Positions 10,054 to 20,743 are shown, numbered from the stretch's first letter. The stretch: 64,000 nucleotides of DNA from an uncultured bacterium (GCA_963777505.1 CAVZQN010000007.1:1-64000); one strand, 5' to 3'. Notes: generated from the sequence alone by a model not told the origin. Made by a program: numbers and translations.

Positions 10054-10691
10054 GGGCTCAATTTCAGAAAAACTTCTGCATATGTACTCTGCACCGAAGT
10101 TTGTTGCGGATCCGCAAAAACTGCCCTCCATCGATTCAGTCCTGCAATGCCTTCACCGTACGGAATGCTCGCCAACTGTGACTGATGTTTTGCGATAGCC
10201 TGTAGTTTCTTATCCATATGATGAGTAATATCTTCGAATCTATCCCACGAATTAAATAAACCCCACACCTCATAAGCCCATACTTCTACATTTTTCAACC
10301 TACTCTGATTCAATGCATCAAGAGTAATTTTTCCAGTGATCCTGTGGGAAGCATGACGATCCAATTCAGGATGAAGTGTAAAAATCTGTTCAGGGTCAAC
10401 AATATTTATGACTTCGATCAGTTTTTGCGTTACATCATTCTGATTTGAAAGCGATTCAAAATTAAGAAAAATTGTTTCACGAATTCCTAAAATCGCTGAA
10501 GCCCGTTTGCTTTCTTCCTGTCTGAGTTCAGCCATTCTGTTTTCGGACATGGCTGATGGATTGGGCGCACGGCGGCCATCTGTGAGGATGGCCGAAACAA
10601 CATGGTTATTTTCAGTAAGCTTGGCGACGGTACCACCCATTCCGATTTCCATATCGTCCGGATGAGCACTGATGACTAAAACGCTTTTCAT
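10050..10691 (-). CDS. PIG-L/LmbE family N-acetylglucosaminyl deacetylase
   Basis: SAHPDDME, HASH and H.SQL motifs. Confidence 0.88.
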   Translation of the reverse strand: MKSVLVISAHPDDMEIGMGGTVAKLTENNHVVSAILTDGRRAPNPSAMSENRMAELRQEESKRASAILGIRETIFLNFESLSNQNDVTQKLIEVINIVDPEQIFTLHPELDRHASHRITGKITLDALNQSRLKNVEVWAYEVWGLFNSWDRFEDITHHMDKKLQAIAKHQSQLASIPYGEGIAGLNRWRAVFADPQQTSVQSTYAEVFLKLSP

Positions 10692-10712
10692 GACAAAGAC
10701 GCTTCGAAGATG

Positions 10713-11396
10713 CTAAAGCGTCTGAAGCCAATGGAGGATGACATTGAGCGAGCCTTGCAATACCTCCTGGTTTGAGCGTCCGCTCTTACGCGGGACTTCA
10801 AGTGAATGACCTGCGCCATCAACCAGATGATAGCTTGCATACTCTCCAATTTTGTTGAGGGTACGTTTTAATAAGTCAATTTGCGCAAAAGGATCTTTCT
10901 TGCCGCTCACAAAAAGCATCGGCTTACGAATTTCATAAAGATGTTGGTCGCGCAATTGATCTGATTTTCCAGGAGCATGAAGTGGATATCCCAAAAACAA
11001 TAAGCCAGCAACACGCGGATGGTGTGCGATGTAGGAGGCGATACGACCTCCCATCGATTTTCCGCCAATCACGACTTTTTTCTCATGCATCGTTTCAATC
11101 GCTTGTTCGAAACAGCGGATCAAAACCTGTTGCTGATCTGGAATCTTCCGTTTCGCCTCACTGTAAAAGAAGTTGAACTTCAACGAAGCATACCCTGCTC
11201 CAGCAAAGCCGTGTTGAAAAAAATCGATAAACGGAGCATTCATATTTCCACCGGCGCCATGTGCAATCACAATACCCAAATCTTTTTTAGGAGAAGGAAC
11301 GATCAGTACACCGGAGGATTGATTTGAACCATCTTGAATCGTAATGCTTTGAATTTTCAATCTTGAAGTACTCTTGAAACGCGATCTTGAGCACAT
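10713..11396 (-). CDS. alpha/beta hydrolase (KANSL3/Tex30-like)
   Basis: AHGAGG, GGKSMGGR nucleophile, LGYPLH, DPF and GAGHSL. Start uncertain. Confidence 0.82.
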   Translation of the reverse strand: MCSRSRFKSTSRLKIQSITIQDGSNQSSGVLIVPSPKKDLGIVIAHGAGGNMNAPFIDFFQHGFAGAGYASLKFNFFYSEAKRKIPDQQQVLIRCFEQAIETMHEKKVVIGGKSMGGRIASYIAHHPRVAGLLFLGYPLHAPGKSDQLRDQHLYEIRKPMLFVSGKKDPFAQIDLLKRTLNKIGEYASYHLVDGAGHSLEVPRKSGRSNQEVLQGSLNVILHWLQTL

Positions 11397-11486
11397 TTTA
11401 CACCTTTCTAAGAATACATGTCGGAATCTCTAGGGGTTCCTTCGCACAATCACATGCGCTATGCTAAAAGTAAAGCAGGAGGGAGA

Positions 11487-12878
11487 ATGTCGAAGTTAAC
11501 AAAAATAAGAGGAAGTATATTTCTGACGATCGTTCTTCTTATCGCAGGTATTGTTACTCTGTCGATGAAAAAAGAAGAAAAGTCTGGAGAGAAAAAGAAG
11601 ACCTACACCGGGAGATCCTACATTAATGAAACACGTGTAGAAGCATTTCCCAAAGTTTCCACGATTACAACTGCTTTTGCTGCCGAAAGAGTTTGGAGTG
11701 GTCAGGATGATTGGGAACCAGCGATCGCAGCGGATCCTTCATCATCGTACGTTTATCAAATGACAACCCGATATAGTGGTCCAAAGCCTTGTAACAATTG
11801 TGCGCTCCCTGCAATTGTGGTGCGTGCATCTTCGAATGGAGGTTCGACCTGGGGGCCCGACCGCTTTGTTGCTCAAACACGCAAAACACAAAATGATCCA
11901 CAAATAGAAGTAGCAACGGATGGTTCGATTTACGCTGTGTTTTTAAACGATTACAACCCTGGAGTTCATTTTACGAAGTCAACAAATCGTGGCGTTACAT
12001 GGTCAACTCCAATCCGGATTTCAGGCGGGAACATAAAACCAAAATTTTCAGATAAACCGATCCTTGCGATCACTCCAGATGGTCAACATGTCTACATTGG
12101 CTTTAACGCAAGCGATAGTTGGGTCACCGCATCTCATAATTTTGGACAGACTTTCTCGGCTCCTGTGAAAACAAGTAACGATACGCGTTATTGGTTTCAT
12201 TCTGCGGGAGCAGTTGCTGCAAATGGTGATGTTTATTTCGCAACAACAAACTTCAGTCAAACGTATGCTGGAGATTCCAATATTAGCGTCTTGAAATCCA
12301 CAAATCAGGGTGCATCATGGACCACAACTCAAGTGGACACTTCAAAAGAAATGCCACCATGTCCGTGGGCTGCTGGATGCTACTTCGGATTTTTAGGTCC
12401 GAGTGCAGGACTCGACGTAGATGCTACGGGGAAAATTTTACTCGCATACAATGCTGGCAATGTTGCAGGCGCGCCGCAAAAAATTTATGTACGCACATCC
12501 TTAAATGGAACGACCTGGAGTGCACGTCAGCAAATTTCTGAAAGCCCAGATTCTATTAACAACGCATTTCCTGTGGTTGCTGCAGGTTCGAGTTCTGATG
12601 ATTTTCGCGTCGTCTGGCAAGATGATCGCAACGGTTCTACCAATGCGTGGAACACATGGTATCGGCGCACGAATAATGGAGGATCCACATGGACTTCTGC
12701 TTTGCGTCTTTCTGCAGAACCATCGGGAGCACCTTACAAGACTGCTGCCGGTTATTTCTTTCCGTATGGTGATTATCTGGAAATGACAGTCGATTCAGGC
12801 GGAAATAACCACATCATTTGGGCTGAAGGCAGCAGCTACGACGGTCCCGGCGGCACCTGGTACGCATCACGGAAATAA
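11487..12878 (+). CDS. secreted/anchored BNR (Asp-box) sialidase-like glycosidase
   Basis: Repeated S-x-N/D-x-G-x-T-W Asp boxes, N-terminal hydrophobic anchor, AGGAGG before ATG 11487. Confidence 0.75.
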   Translation: MSKLTKIRGSIFLTIVLLIAGIVTLSMKKEEKSGEKKKTYTGRSYINETRVEAFPKVSTITTAFAAERVWSGQDDWEPAIAADPSSSYVYQMTTRYSGPKPCNNCALPAIVVRASSNGGSTWGPDRFVAQTRKTQNDPQIEVATDGSIYAVFLNDYNPGVHFTKSTNRGVTWSTPIRISGGNIKPKFSDKPILAITPDGQHVYIGFNASDSWVTASHNFGQTFSAPVKTSNDTRYWFHSAGAVAANGDVYFATTNFSQTYAGDSNISVLKSTNQGASWTTTQVDTSKEMPPCPWAAGCYFGFLGPSAGLDVDATGKILLAYNAGNVAGAPQKIYVRTSLNGTTWSARQQISESPDSINNAFPVVAAGSSSDDFRVVWQDDRNGSTNAWNTWYRRTNNGGSTWTSALRLSAEPSGAPYKTAAGYFFPYGDYLEMTVDSGGNNHIIWAEGSSYDGPGGTWYASRK

Positions 12879-13885
12879 AATAACATCGAACGTGTTTTGC
12901 CAACGAAATATTCAAGCAAGACAGTTTCTTCATCTAGTAGAGCTTGCGCATCAGTAATCTTCAAAGGCTGAGGATATTGAACGCTTGCGTACTGCGGATT
13001 CTGTTGCCGGATTTCAACTACTAGTTTCGTGTAGTCATTCTGAAGTTCGTTTTCCTTTTGAATCAGGTCGCCAAGACGGATTTTGTCGGGCTTGTCCTTT
13101 TCATTTTCTTGCTGAAGCAGACTATGTATATCCACTAGATCTGAAAGCATCTTCTTCTTTCTTTCTCGTAATTCGGGATTCAGGTGCTGCTCCGGATCTA
13201 TATCTGCTTCTGCGATCATCTCAACAAATCCACGTGCTTTGGATCGCTGAGCGTACTCAAACGCCTCTGCAACTTGATTTTTAGAAACAAACATCATCAC
13301 AAGATCCTCATATACATCCACTTTTGATTGAAAGAATCCGGATTTCTGTTCATCAAGGTTCAATTCGTTTCGCTTATCTTCAATGACTTCAACCGCGTCT
13401 TTAAGCCATCGAATTGCGTCCGTAGTTTTTCCGCTGTCGCGGTCCACCAAAGCCACTTTGTGATAAGCAGACCAGAGTATTTCGGCGTGTCCTGTTTCTT
13501 TAACAATTTCAATTGATTTCATCAATGCTGCTTCGGCCTCGGCCAAAGCGTGTTTGCTGTAGTAAACAGTTCCAATCCACAAATGAGTCTCTGCAATGAG
13601 TTGCTGACTTCCTATAGATTCGGCAATCAAGGCACACTTATTTAATTCTTCAAGAGCAACATCGAAGTCACCTTTTCTCCATTGCACAACTGCGATCGCA
13701 GTCAACGTATGAGCTTCCATCAATTTGTTATTGCTCTCTGTGGAAAGCCGGTATGCCCGTTGGTAATATTTCAGTGCCGTGGAATAGTCGCCTTTTAGCT
13801 CATAGCATAAAGCGACTCCGTGCAGGGCATCGTAAATCGCGAACTGGCCTTTGGATTCTTCGGACACTCGGAGCGATTTCTGCTA
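12879..13885 (-). pseudogene. internal fragment of a TPR-CHAT family gene, truncated at both ends
   Basis: TPR repeats, then AFEYAQRSKARGF and YPQPL..AQALLDEETVLLEYFVG, the linker that precedes CHAT domains. It ends at the stop of the convergent gene and starts mid-TPR (QKSLRVSEE) just after an in-frame stop. Confidence 0.7.
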
Positions 13886-13948
13886 AGATTCGCGGCTCCA
13901 AATGATTTACTTTGTTTCTTTGCGGTAATAAGTTTATGTTTATCGCTC

Positions 13949-14698
13949 ATGAAAATCGCAACATGGAATGTAAACGGCATTCGTGCCAGGGCTTCACAAA
14001 TTGTAGAGTGGATCAGCGAAGAACGGCCGGACATCGTGTGCCTTCAGGAAATAAAAGCTTCACGTGATCAAGTACCGATGCCCTTGTGCGATCTTGATGA
14101 CTATTGGTGTTACTGGCATGGTGCGAAGGGTTATTCCGGCGTTGGCTTACTCTTTCGCCGAGGGTCATTCACAGAGTCTCCAAAGTTCGAACATCCTGAA
14201 TTCGATTATGAAACGCGGATTGTAACAGTAACGCAAGCTAACATTGTTTATGCTTCAGTCTATGTTCCAAACGGCGGAAAAGATTATGAAGCTAAAATGC
14301 GATTCGTTGAATCCTTAAGACTTTTTGCAAAACGAGTCCATGAGGATGGGCAAAGCCTGATCATGTGCGGCGATATGAATATTGCACGAAGTGAAATGGA
14401 TGTGCATCCGAAAGAGCGACGCCCTCGCTCAATCGGACAACTTCCTGAAGAACGTGCAGCCTTTGAAAATATTCTTGCCCAGGGGTTAATTGATGTCGGC
14501 CGTACATTAGATCCAGACAATGATCAGTTATACACATGGTGGGCACCCTGGCGAAATATGCGACAGCGAAATATCGGTTGGCGTTTGGATTATGTTCTGG
14601 CAAGTGAAACAATTGCCAATACTGCAAAAAGTTGTGTGGTGTTTCCTGCAATAGGAACTAGCGATCACGCTCCGGTCGTTGCAGATTTTCAAGTTTAG
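13949..14698 (+). CDS. xth: exodeoxyribonuclease III
   Basis: MKIATWNVNGIRAR, LQEIK, GYSGV, YVPNG, GDMNIA, GWRLDY and SDHAPV. Confidence 0.95.
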   Translation: MKIATWNVNGIRARASQIVEWISEERPDIVCLQEIKASRDQVPMPLCDLDDYWCYWHGAKGYSGVGLLFRRGSFTESPKFEHPEFDYETRIVTVTQANIVYASVYVPNGGKDYEAKMRFVESLRLFAKRVHEDGQSLIMCGDMNIARSEMDVHPKERRPRSIGQLPEERAAFENILAQGLIDVGRTLDPDNDQLYTWWAPWRNMRQRNIGWRLDYVLASETIANTAKSCVVFPAIGTSDHAPVVADFQV

Positions 14699-14718
14699 GA
14701 GCCGGCAAGATGCCAGCG

Positions 14719-15630
14719 TTACATTTTATAGTGGGCGATTAATACTGTCACATTGTCTTTGCCGCCATTTTGAAGGGCAAGATTCACAAGCTCCTGGCAG
14801 CAATCAGCAGGCGCTGAAATGCGCGACATAACTTCTGCGATCGTTTGATCGTCTACCATCTCTGTCAGTCCGTCACTGCACAGCATCAAGCAATCGCCAT
14901 TTCCAAGCTGAATCTGCTGAATATCTACTGAAACTTTTCCGCCGCGAGATCCTACTGCATTTGTTAAAACGTGACGCATAGGGTGACTTGAAACATCCTC
15001 CGGCGAGATTGTGCCTACATCGGCAAGTGCCTGTGCCACAGTTTGATCACGCGTTAATTGAAAAAGCTTTGCATCCCGGAATAGATACGCCCGTGAATCC
15101 CCTACATTCATAATAAATGCAGTGGCACCGATGCTATAAGCAGCAGTCAGTGTTGTACCCATCCCTGCAAGTCCTGGGTCCGCTTTTGCCTTATCGGTGA
15201 TTTCAGAATCAACCCGGCGAAAATACTTTGCAGAAAGTTCCATCAGGTCTTGTGCTTCTTTTTCGTCCATGCTTAATATCCATTTCGGAGCACGCGCGGT
15301 AAGATTCAACAAAATTTGAATCGCTGATCTGCTTGCGAATTCACCTCCTGCTTGCCCTCCCATTCCATCAGCAACTACCATCCCATAACCCGTTTCTTCG
15401 AAAGGCGCTGCAAGTTCATTTTCAGGAACATTTGTGTAGAGCGGTTGCATGGTACGGTTTAACTTCAGAACGATGTAATGATCTTCGTTGTTTGTACGCA
15501 CTTTCCCCTGATGGGACAATGCTCCAAACTCGATTTGAATATTTAGTGCAGAAGGTTTTTCAGATTGTGGTTTCCGAAAATTTGGATCGGTCTCAATATC
15601 TATGTGACGCTCTGGAATTTGTTCAGTCAT
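14719..15630 (-). CDS. PP2C-family Ser/Thr phosphatase
   Basis: RTNNED, VADGMGG, GMGTT, VGDSRAY, LCSDGL and GGKDNVT. Confidence 0.93.
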   Translation of the reverse strand: MTEQIPERHIDIETDPNFRKPQSEKPSALNIQIEFGALSHQGKVRTNNEDHYIVLKLNRTMQPLYTNVPENELAAPFEETGYGMVVADGMGGQAGGEFASRSAIQILLNLTARAPKWILSMDEKEAQDLMELSAKYFRRVDSEITDKAKADPGLAGMGTTLTAAYSIGATAFIMNVGDSRAYLFRDAKLFQLTRDQTVAQALADVGTISPEDVSSHPMRHVLTNAVGSRGGKVSVDIQQIQLGNGDCLMLCSDGLTEMVDDQTIAEVMSRISAPADCCQELVNLALQNGGKDNVTVLIAHYKM

Positions 15631-15676
15631 AATGTACTCATAAGTAATATAGATTCGAAATTGCGGATTTCACCCA

Positions 15677-16712
15677 CTAAAAACTAGTTTTGTAACTTAA
15701 TCCGAGAGTCATGATTTTTTGCAAAAGTGAGTCATAGTCGATTCCCATTGTTAAAGCGGAGGCAGCAAAGTCTTCACCGTCAGAAATATTCGGATTTGGA
15801 TTTGCTTCCAACATATAGATCCTTCCATCATCTTTAAGCCGGTAATCGAGACGGGCGTAACCACTTAAATGAAGAATTTTGTAACACCGCTTAGCGAGGC
15901 GGAGGATCTGTTTCGTTATCTCAGGTGTTATTTCTGCAGCCTGCGTTAAAACTCCGACTTTTTCTTGATACTTATAATCCCATTTCACTTTCATTGTGGC
16001 GATTAATGGCGCACCATCGGGCAATTTATTTACGAACAACTCCCACGGTGTAAAAGCTTGCAGCCGTTCATTGCCCAGCACTGCGACATATAACTCACGC
16101 CCTTCAATGTATTCCTCCGCAATTGCATGAGTGGTGGTTTGTCTATGAACAAATTCCACTCGTTCCTCAAGTTTTTCGTCATCATAAACGAGTGAAGCGC
16201 GTGAAATGGCTACTGAACCTTCTTCACTCAGCGATTTCACAAGCAGCGGATACTTAAGCCACTTTGGTCGTTTTACCTTTCTGTTGATTGGAAAAACAGC
16301 AAAGCCTGGTGTGAGTATTCGATGAAAGGCAAGGATCTTTTTTGCAAGCGCTTTATCATGAGCAAGCGTTAATCCCCGCGGATTACAACCTGTATATTTT
16401 TGGCTGCGTAACTCAAGATAGCTAACGACATGTTGATCAAAAAGCGAATAACCATGAAATTCTTCAAGCAGATTAAATGCGATATGGGGTTTTACTTCTT
16501 CAAGTGCCTTTTGAATGACTCCGAGATCACTATAGACTCCAACTGGGACAACTTCATGCCCGCTTTTCTTTAAGAGTTGAAATCACATCAAATTCAGTTT
16601 TCCATTCCGATATTTCTTTCTGTGACCGGCCTTGAATCGAATCAGGAGGTACAAGATCTTCATGAACCAAAACAATCGCACGCAGCTTTTTATAAATCGG
16701 TTTCTTCTTCAT
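15677..16712 (-). CDS. ATP-grasp ligase, D-Ala-D-Ala ligase-like but non-canonical; +1 frameshift in an A-run near 16565
   Basis: ATG at 16712 overlaps the upstream stop (ATGA) and reads MKKKPIYKKLRAIVLVHEDLVPPD. After the shift it reads GHEV..FNLLEEFHG..YTGCNPRGL..HDKALAK..YPLLVKSLSEEGS..EEYIEGRE..RLDYR..LEANPNP. Confidence 0.85.
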
Positions 16713-17737
16713 AAGGCGATCCGGAAATAACCGGAATGAACCGCGTTCATGGTATGCACGGTCAACATAATCATGACACGCTGGCGAGCATGTGATTCAC
16801 TGGTATCGAGTCTTAGCTTTAAATGGCGGCTCCGGCTGATCATGTCTTCAAGCAAATAATTAATTGAATACTGATGAACTCCTGTTCCTTCGGCAACAAC
16901 TTGCCGCAAGTCATTTCGATAACGCCTGATAAAAGTTGCTGCACTCGTTCGTTTTCGATGACGTGGATCATGAGAAAAAATTTGCTTCAAATCCCGATCG
17001 TAATATGCAGGCCATTTGAAATTATAGTACTCCCTTTTTCTTCGATAGTGTTCATGCAACGTGTAGGAATCTCGCGAAAGAGGTTCGACTTTTATACGTT
17101 TTCGATTTTTTGGCGGCGTGCCGGCCAATTCTTTCATTAATTGATCTACGTATTCCAATTTTCTATAAGCCGGCCATCCATGATAACGGACTCTCCATCT
17201 GGAGCCAGGAGTCAACCAGACTGCAAATGTTTCTGCAAAATCTTCCGCTGGATGTGCCTGCGCATACCATGCATTCAGATGCAAAACATAATTGCGGCTT
17301 CCAGGCCGGGGTTTGTACGATTGAGGATAGGGTTCGCGAAAAGAGCCAAATAAATCTCGCCAACGTCTGCGAAAATGAAGCCGGTATGCATTGTCAATCG
17401 CATGACCTGCTTCATGCCTGAGGATTCGCATACTTTCGGCATCGGAAGCGCCTTCCACTTCTAGCATTTGTTTTCGTTCAAGTTTTATCAATCGCGGATG
17501 CGCAAGATAAAATGGAAGCGCGATCCCTGGAACACCATCCGGAGTAAACCATTCATGAGCCAGCCACACATGAGGTTTAAATCGGATTCCGCGATCTTCA
17601 AGTTCCTTGTGCAATCGCCGGACGCGATCTTCCAACTGGGAGCCTTCAATTTGCACAGGCAGATCGCGAAGTTTCATGTCCAACAAGCGATCATCGCTCA
17701 TTTTCCAAAGCGATCTGCGGCTAAGCCCATTTTTCAT
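16709..17737 (-). CDS. putative zinc-binding metallopeptidase (Peptidase_Mx-like zincin)
   Basis: LRHEAGHA (HExxH) and YAQAHPAEDFAETFAVWL. Likely start is ATG 17737. Confidence 0.8.
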   Translation of the reverse strand: MKNGLSRRSLWKMSDDRLLDMKLRDLPVQIEGSQLEDRVRRLHKELEDRGIRFKPHVWLAHEWFTPDGVPGIALPFYLAHPRLIKLERKQMLEVEGASDAESMRILRHEAGHAIDNAYRLHFRRRWRDLFGSFREPYPQSYKPRPGSRNYVLHLNAWYAQAHPAEDFAETFAVWLTPGSRWRVRYHGWPAYRKLEYVDQLMKELAGTPPKNRKRIKVEPLSRDSYTLHEHYRRKREYYNFKWPAYYDRDLKQIFSHDPRHRKRTSAATFIRRYRNDLRQVVAEGTGVHQYSINYLLEDMISRSRHLKLRLDTSESHARQRVMIMLTVHTMNAVHSGYFRIAL

Positions 17738-17863
17738 GCCTTTTAATCTAATGGACATCGTGTCAATATCAAAGGGGTTGATGTTAAGTAACGAGCATTG
17801 AGTCATGAGTCTGAGGAGCTCAGGACAAGCACTCATTGCTCAAACCCGGTACCGGTTAAACTC

Positions 17864-19369
17864 ATGGATCGTTTTAAGCCTCCCTATAGATTGCTTCTCA
17901 GGCGTACAAAGATTGTCGCTACAATTGGCCCTGCAAGTGAGTCCAGCGATGTACTTCGCCAACTCATATCTGCCGGGATGAATGTAGCCCGATTGAATTT
18001 TTCACATGGAACTCATGAGAGTCACTTAGCTGTTATTACACGGATCCGAAAAATTATAGAAGAGACCGGGATACGGATCGCTATGCTTGGTGATTTATGT
18101 GGTCCGAAAACGCGTGTTGGTAACTTTGTGAATGGTTCGATTGAGCTGCGTCCCGATGAGGAAGTAAAAATTGTTACAGAATCGGCTGAACCCGGGCAGG
18201 ATGGAATTATTCCTTCGCAATATACCGAGTTAATAAAAGATATCAGTCCCGGTCAGAGAATCCTCTTTGATGATGGTTTGCTTGAAGTTGTGGTCACACG
18301 CATTGAGAACGATCAGGAAGCATTCGCACGGGTCGTAAAAGGTGGAACTTTAAAAAATAAGAAAGGAATGAATTTGCCAGGTGCAAACATTTCTGCACCA
18401 GCAATCACAGAAAAAGATCTTAAAGATCTTGATTTCGCCATCAGACAGCGATTGGATTATGTCGCTCTTTCATTCGTTCGAAAAGCAAGTGAGATTATCG
18501 AATTGAAAGATCGGATTTTGAATCTCACTCATCTTCATCATCCAGGATTATTTAAAGATCAGCCCCAAGCTTCCTCCTACACTCGAGTCATTGCAAAAAT
18601 TGAAAAACCGGAAGCTCTCGATGAAATTGAGCAAATCGTTGAAGAATCGGATGGGATCATGATTGCGCGTGGAGATCTAGGGGTTGAACTTCCTCCGGAA
18701 CGTGTGCCGATTGTTCAATCTGGCTTGATTAAAATTGCGGGTGAAAGGAACAGACCCGTGATTGTTGCAACTCAAATGCTTGAAAGTATGACGGAAAATC
18801 CACGCCCTACCCGCGCTGAGGTTAGTGATGTTGCAACAGCTGTAACAGATCGAACGGATGCCGTGATGCTTTCCGGAGAGACGGCGGCCGGTTTATATCC
18901 TTTGGAATCTGTGAAAATGATGGACCAGATTGTCCGAGAACTTGAAAGTCATCAGTGGGCATCAGGACATTGGGGAAGATTGCGTGAAACAGTATCCATT
19001 TCCCCGTTACCGAATGCGCTGGCACGCGCTTGCACTCTGCTTTCTCATGATATGGAAATCAGAGCGATTAACGTATTAACGCGTACCGGAAGTGCTGCGC
19101 GAATCATGTCAGCTGCGCGGCCTAAATGTCCGATACTTGCCTATTCAAGTGATCCGATTGTTGTAAAACAAATGCTTTTATTGTGGGGAGTTTATCCTGT
19201 GCAGCTTGAAACGGAACTAACGTTTGAATCTTTTGCAGATGTAGCAGCGCAGAATTGTAAAGCAATGGGGCTTGTCCAACCCGGCAATCACATTCTGCTG
19301 GTATCAAGCCCTTTGAAACGCTATATCGAACACCCTTTGAGTTCCATCATTATTTATGAAGTGCGGTAA
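17864..19369 (+). CDS. pyk: pyruvate kinase
   Basis: RRTKIVATIGPAS, RLNFSHG, IAKIEK, MIARGDLGVE, ATQMLESM, PTRAEVSDV and MLSGETA. Confidence 0.97.
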   Translation: MDRFKPPYRLLLRRTKIVATIGPASESSDVLRQLISAGMNVARLNFSHGTHESHLAVITRIRKIIEETGIRIAMLGDLCGPKTRVGNFVNGSIELRPDEEVKIVTESAEPGQDGIIPSQYTELIKDISPGQRILFDDGLLEVVVTRIENDQEAFARVVKGGTLKNKKGMNLPGANISAPAITEKDLKDLDFAIRQRLDYVALSFVRKASEIIELKDRILNLTHLHHPGLFKDQPQASSYTRVIAKIEKPEALDEIEQIVEESDGIMIARGDLGVELPPERVPIVQSGLIKIAGERNRPVIVATQMLESMTENPRPTRAEVSDVATAVTDRTDAVMLSGETAAGLYPLESVKMMDQIVRELESHQWASGHWGRLRETVSISPLPNALARACTLLSHDMEIRAINVLTRTGSAARIMSAARPKCPILAYSSDPIVVKQMLLLWGVYPVQLETELTFESFADVAAQNCKAMGLVQPGNHILLVSSPLKRYIEHPLSSIIIYEVR

Positions 19370-19382
19370 CTGTTTGTAGTAA

Positions 19383-19455
19383 GTAGGGGCGAGTCTAGAC
19401 TCGCCCGCAAGTATTTGCGATAATAATCCCGGGCGGGTCTAAGACCCGCCCCTAC
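19383..19455. repeat. GTAG-type REP inverted doublet (REPIN-like)
   Basis: GTAGGGGCGAGTCTAGACTCGCCC ... GGGCGGGTCTAAGACCCGCCCCTAC. Confidence 0.8.
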
Positions 19456-19473
19456 TAATAGATTTGGACGATT

Positions 19474-20739
19474 ATGAACAGACGTGAATTCTTTCAAGTT
19501 TTTGGAGCCTTAGGGATCATGCCGCTTCAGCAGAATTCAACTCCCAAAACTTCTCTGTCTCAAACATTTGAATGGCCGAATGATACGGATCCTGATTACT
19601 GGGAAACACTTCGCTCACAGTTTTACATTCCGAAAGATGAAGCGTTTTTCAATAATGGAACATTAGGAGCTTGTCCAAAGCCGGTTATTGAAACTGTTGT
19701 GAATCATATGCGTCAAATCGAAGAAACTCTTGCGCATTGGGATTACAAACCTGAAAATCCAACCTGGTTTTCAGGATACAACGAAGAAATTGCACTTCGG
19801 AAAAAGTTTGCAGAGTTCCTTGGGGCGAAAGAATCTGAAATTGGATTGACCCAAAATGCAACGATGGGAATGAATTTTCTCGCATCAGGTTTGACGCTTC
19901 AACCTGGCGATGTAGTACTGAGCACAGATCAGGAACACCCAGGTGGAAGATGTGGATGGGAAATGCGTGCACAACGCGAGGGAATTATTTTTCGAACCCT
20001 TGAAATTCCGATTCCACCGCAAAATCCTGAAGAAATTGTCCGGCTATTCAGCGATAGCATTACCTCACGAACGCGAGTCATCACTCTACCTCACATCACA
20101 TCACGTTACGGATTTGTGATGCCCGTTCAAGAAATTTGCAAACTCGGCAGCAAACATGGAATTTTTACCATTGTTGATGGCGCACAAGCAGTCGGACAAA
20201 TACCAGTAAATCTAAAACAGATCGGATGTGATGCATATTTTTCAAGCCCGCATAAATGGCTGCTCGCACCGCCCGGCAATGGTTTACTCTACATTCGTGA
20301 AACGAAGCAGAACGAAGTTTGGACAACCCTCGCAAGTTCTGCATGGAACGACTATCAGAAAGGTCTATTCCGTTTCATGCAATACGGGACAGGCAACCTA
20401 TCGTTACTCAAAGGACTCGAGGCGGCCATCGATTTTTACAATAGAATCGGTCCAGATCGTGTATTCAAACGGATTTTTCAACTCGCTGAATATTTGAGAA
20501 AGGGCCTTCGCGAAATTAACAAAGTTACCCTGAATTCTTCTCCCCATCCCGCAATGGCTGCGGCGATAACCAACTATAAATTAGGTGGGATTAAAGCGAT
20601 TGCCTTGCAGGATGAACTTTGGAAGCGCAAGAAGATTCGTATTCGTGCAGTAGGAGAGGAGGACGTTCGTCATTCAATCCATCTGTATAATAATGAAAGA
20701 GAAATTGATGAAACGTTAGATATAATTCGAAGTTTATAA
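19474..20739 (+). CDS. class V PLP-dependent aminotransferase (isopenicillin N epimerase/cysteine desulfurase-like) with a Tat-like N-terminus
   Basis: FNNGTLG, QEHPGG, VDGAQ and SPHKWL (PLP lysine). N-terminus MNRREFF. Confidence 0.88.
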   Translation: MNRREFFQVFGALGIMPLQQNSTPKTSLSQTFEWPNDTDPDYWETLRSQFYIPKDEAFFNNGTLGACPKPVIETVVNHMRQIEETLAHWDYKPENPTWFSGYNEEIALRKKFAEFLGAKESEIGLTQNATMGMNFLASGLTLQPGDVVLSTDQEHPGGRCGWEMRAQREGIIFRTLEIPIPPQNPEEIVRLFSDSITSRTRVITLPHITSRYGFVMPVQEICKLGSKHGIFTIVDGAQAVGQIPVNLKQIGCDAYFSSPHKWLLAPPGNGLLYIRETKQNEVWTTLASSAWNDYQKGLFRFMQYGTGNLSLLKGLEAAIDFYNRIGPDRVFKRIFQLAEYLRKGLREINKVTLNSSPHPAMAAAITNYKLGGIKAIALQDELWKRKKIRIRAVGEEDVRHSIHLYNNEREIDETLDIIRSL

Positions 20740-20743
20740 AGAA

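Noticed and set aside
15677-16712. Housekeeping ddl
   Set aside because: It lacks the Ddl N-terminal GGxSxE motif and any mur/fts context, and is coupled to a peptidase instead.
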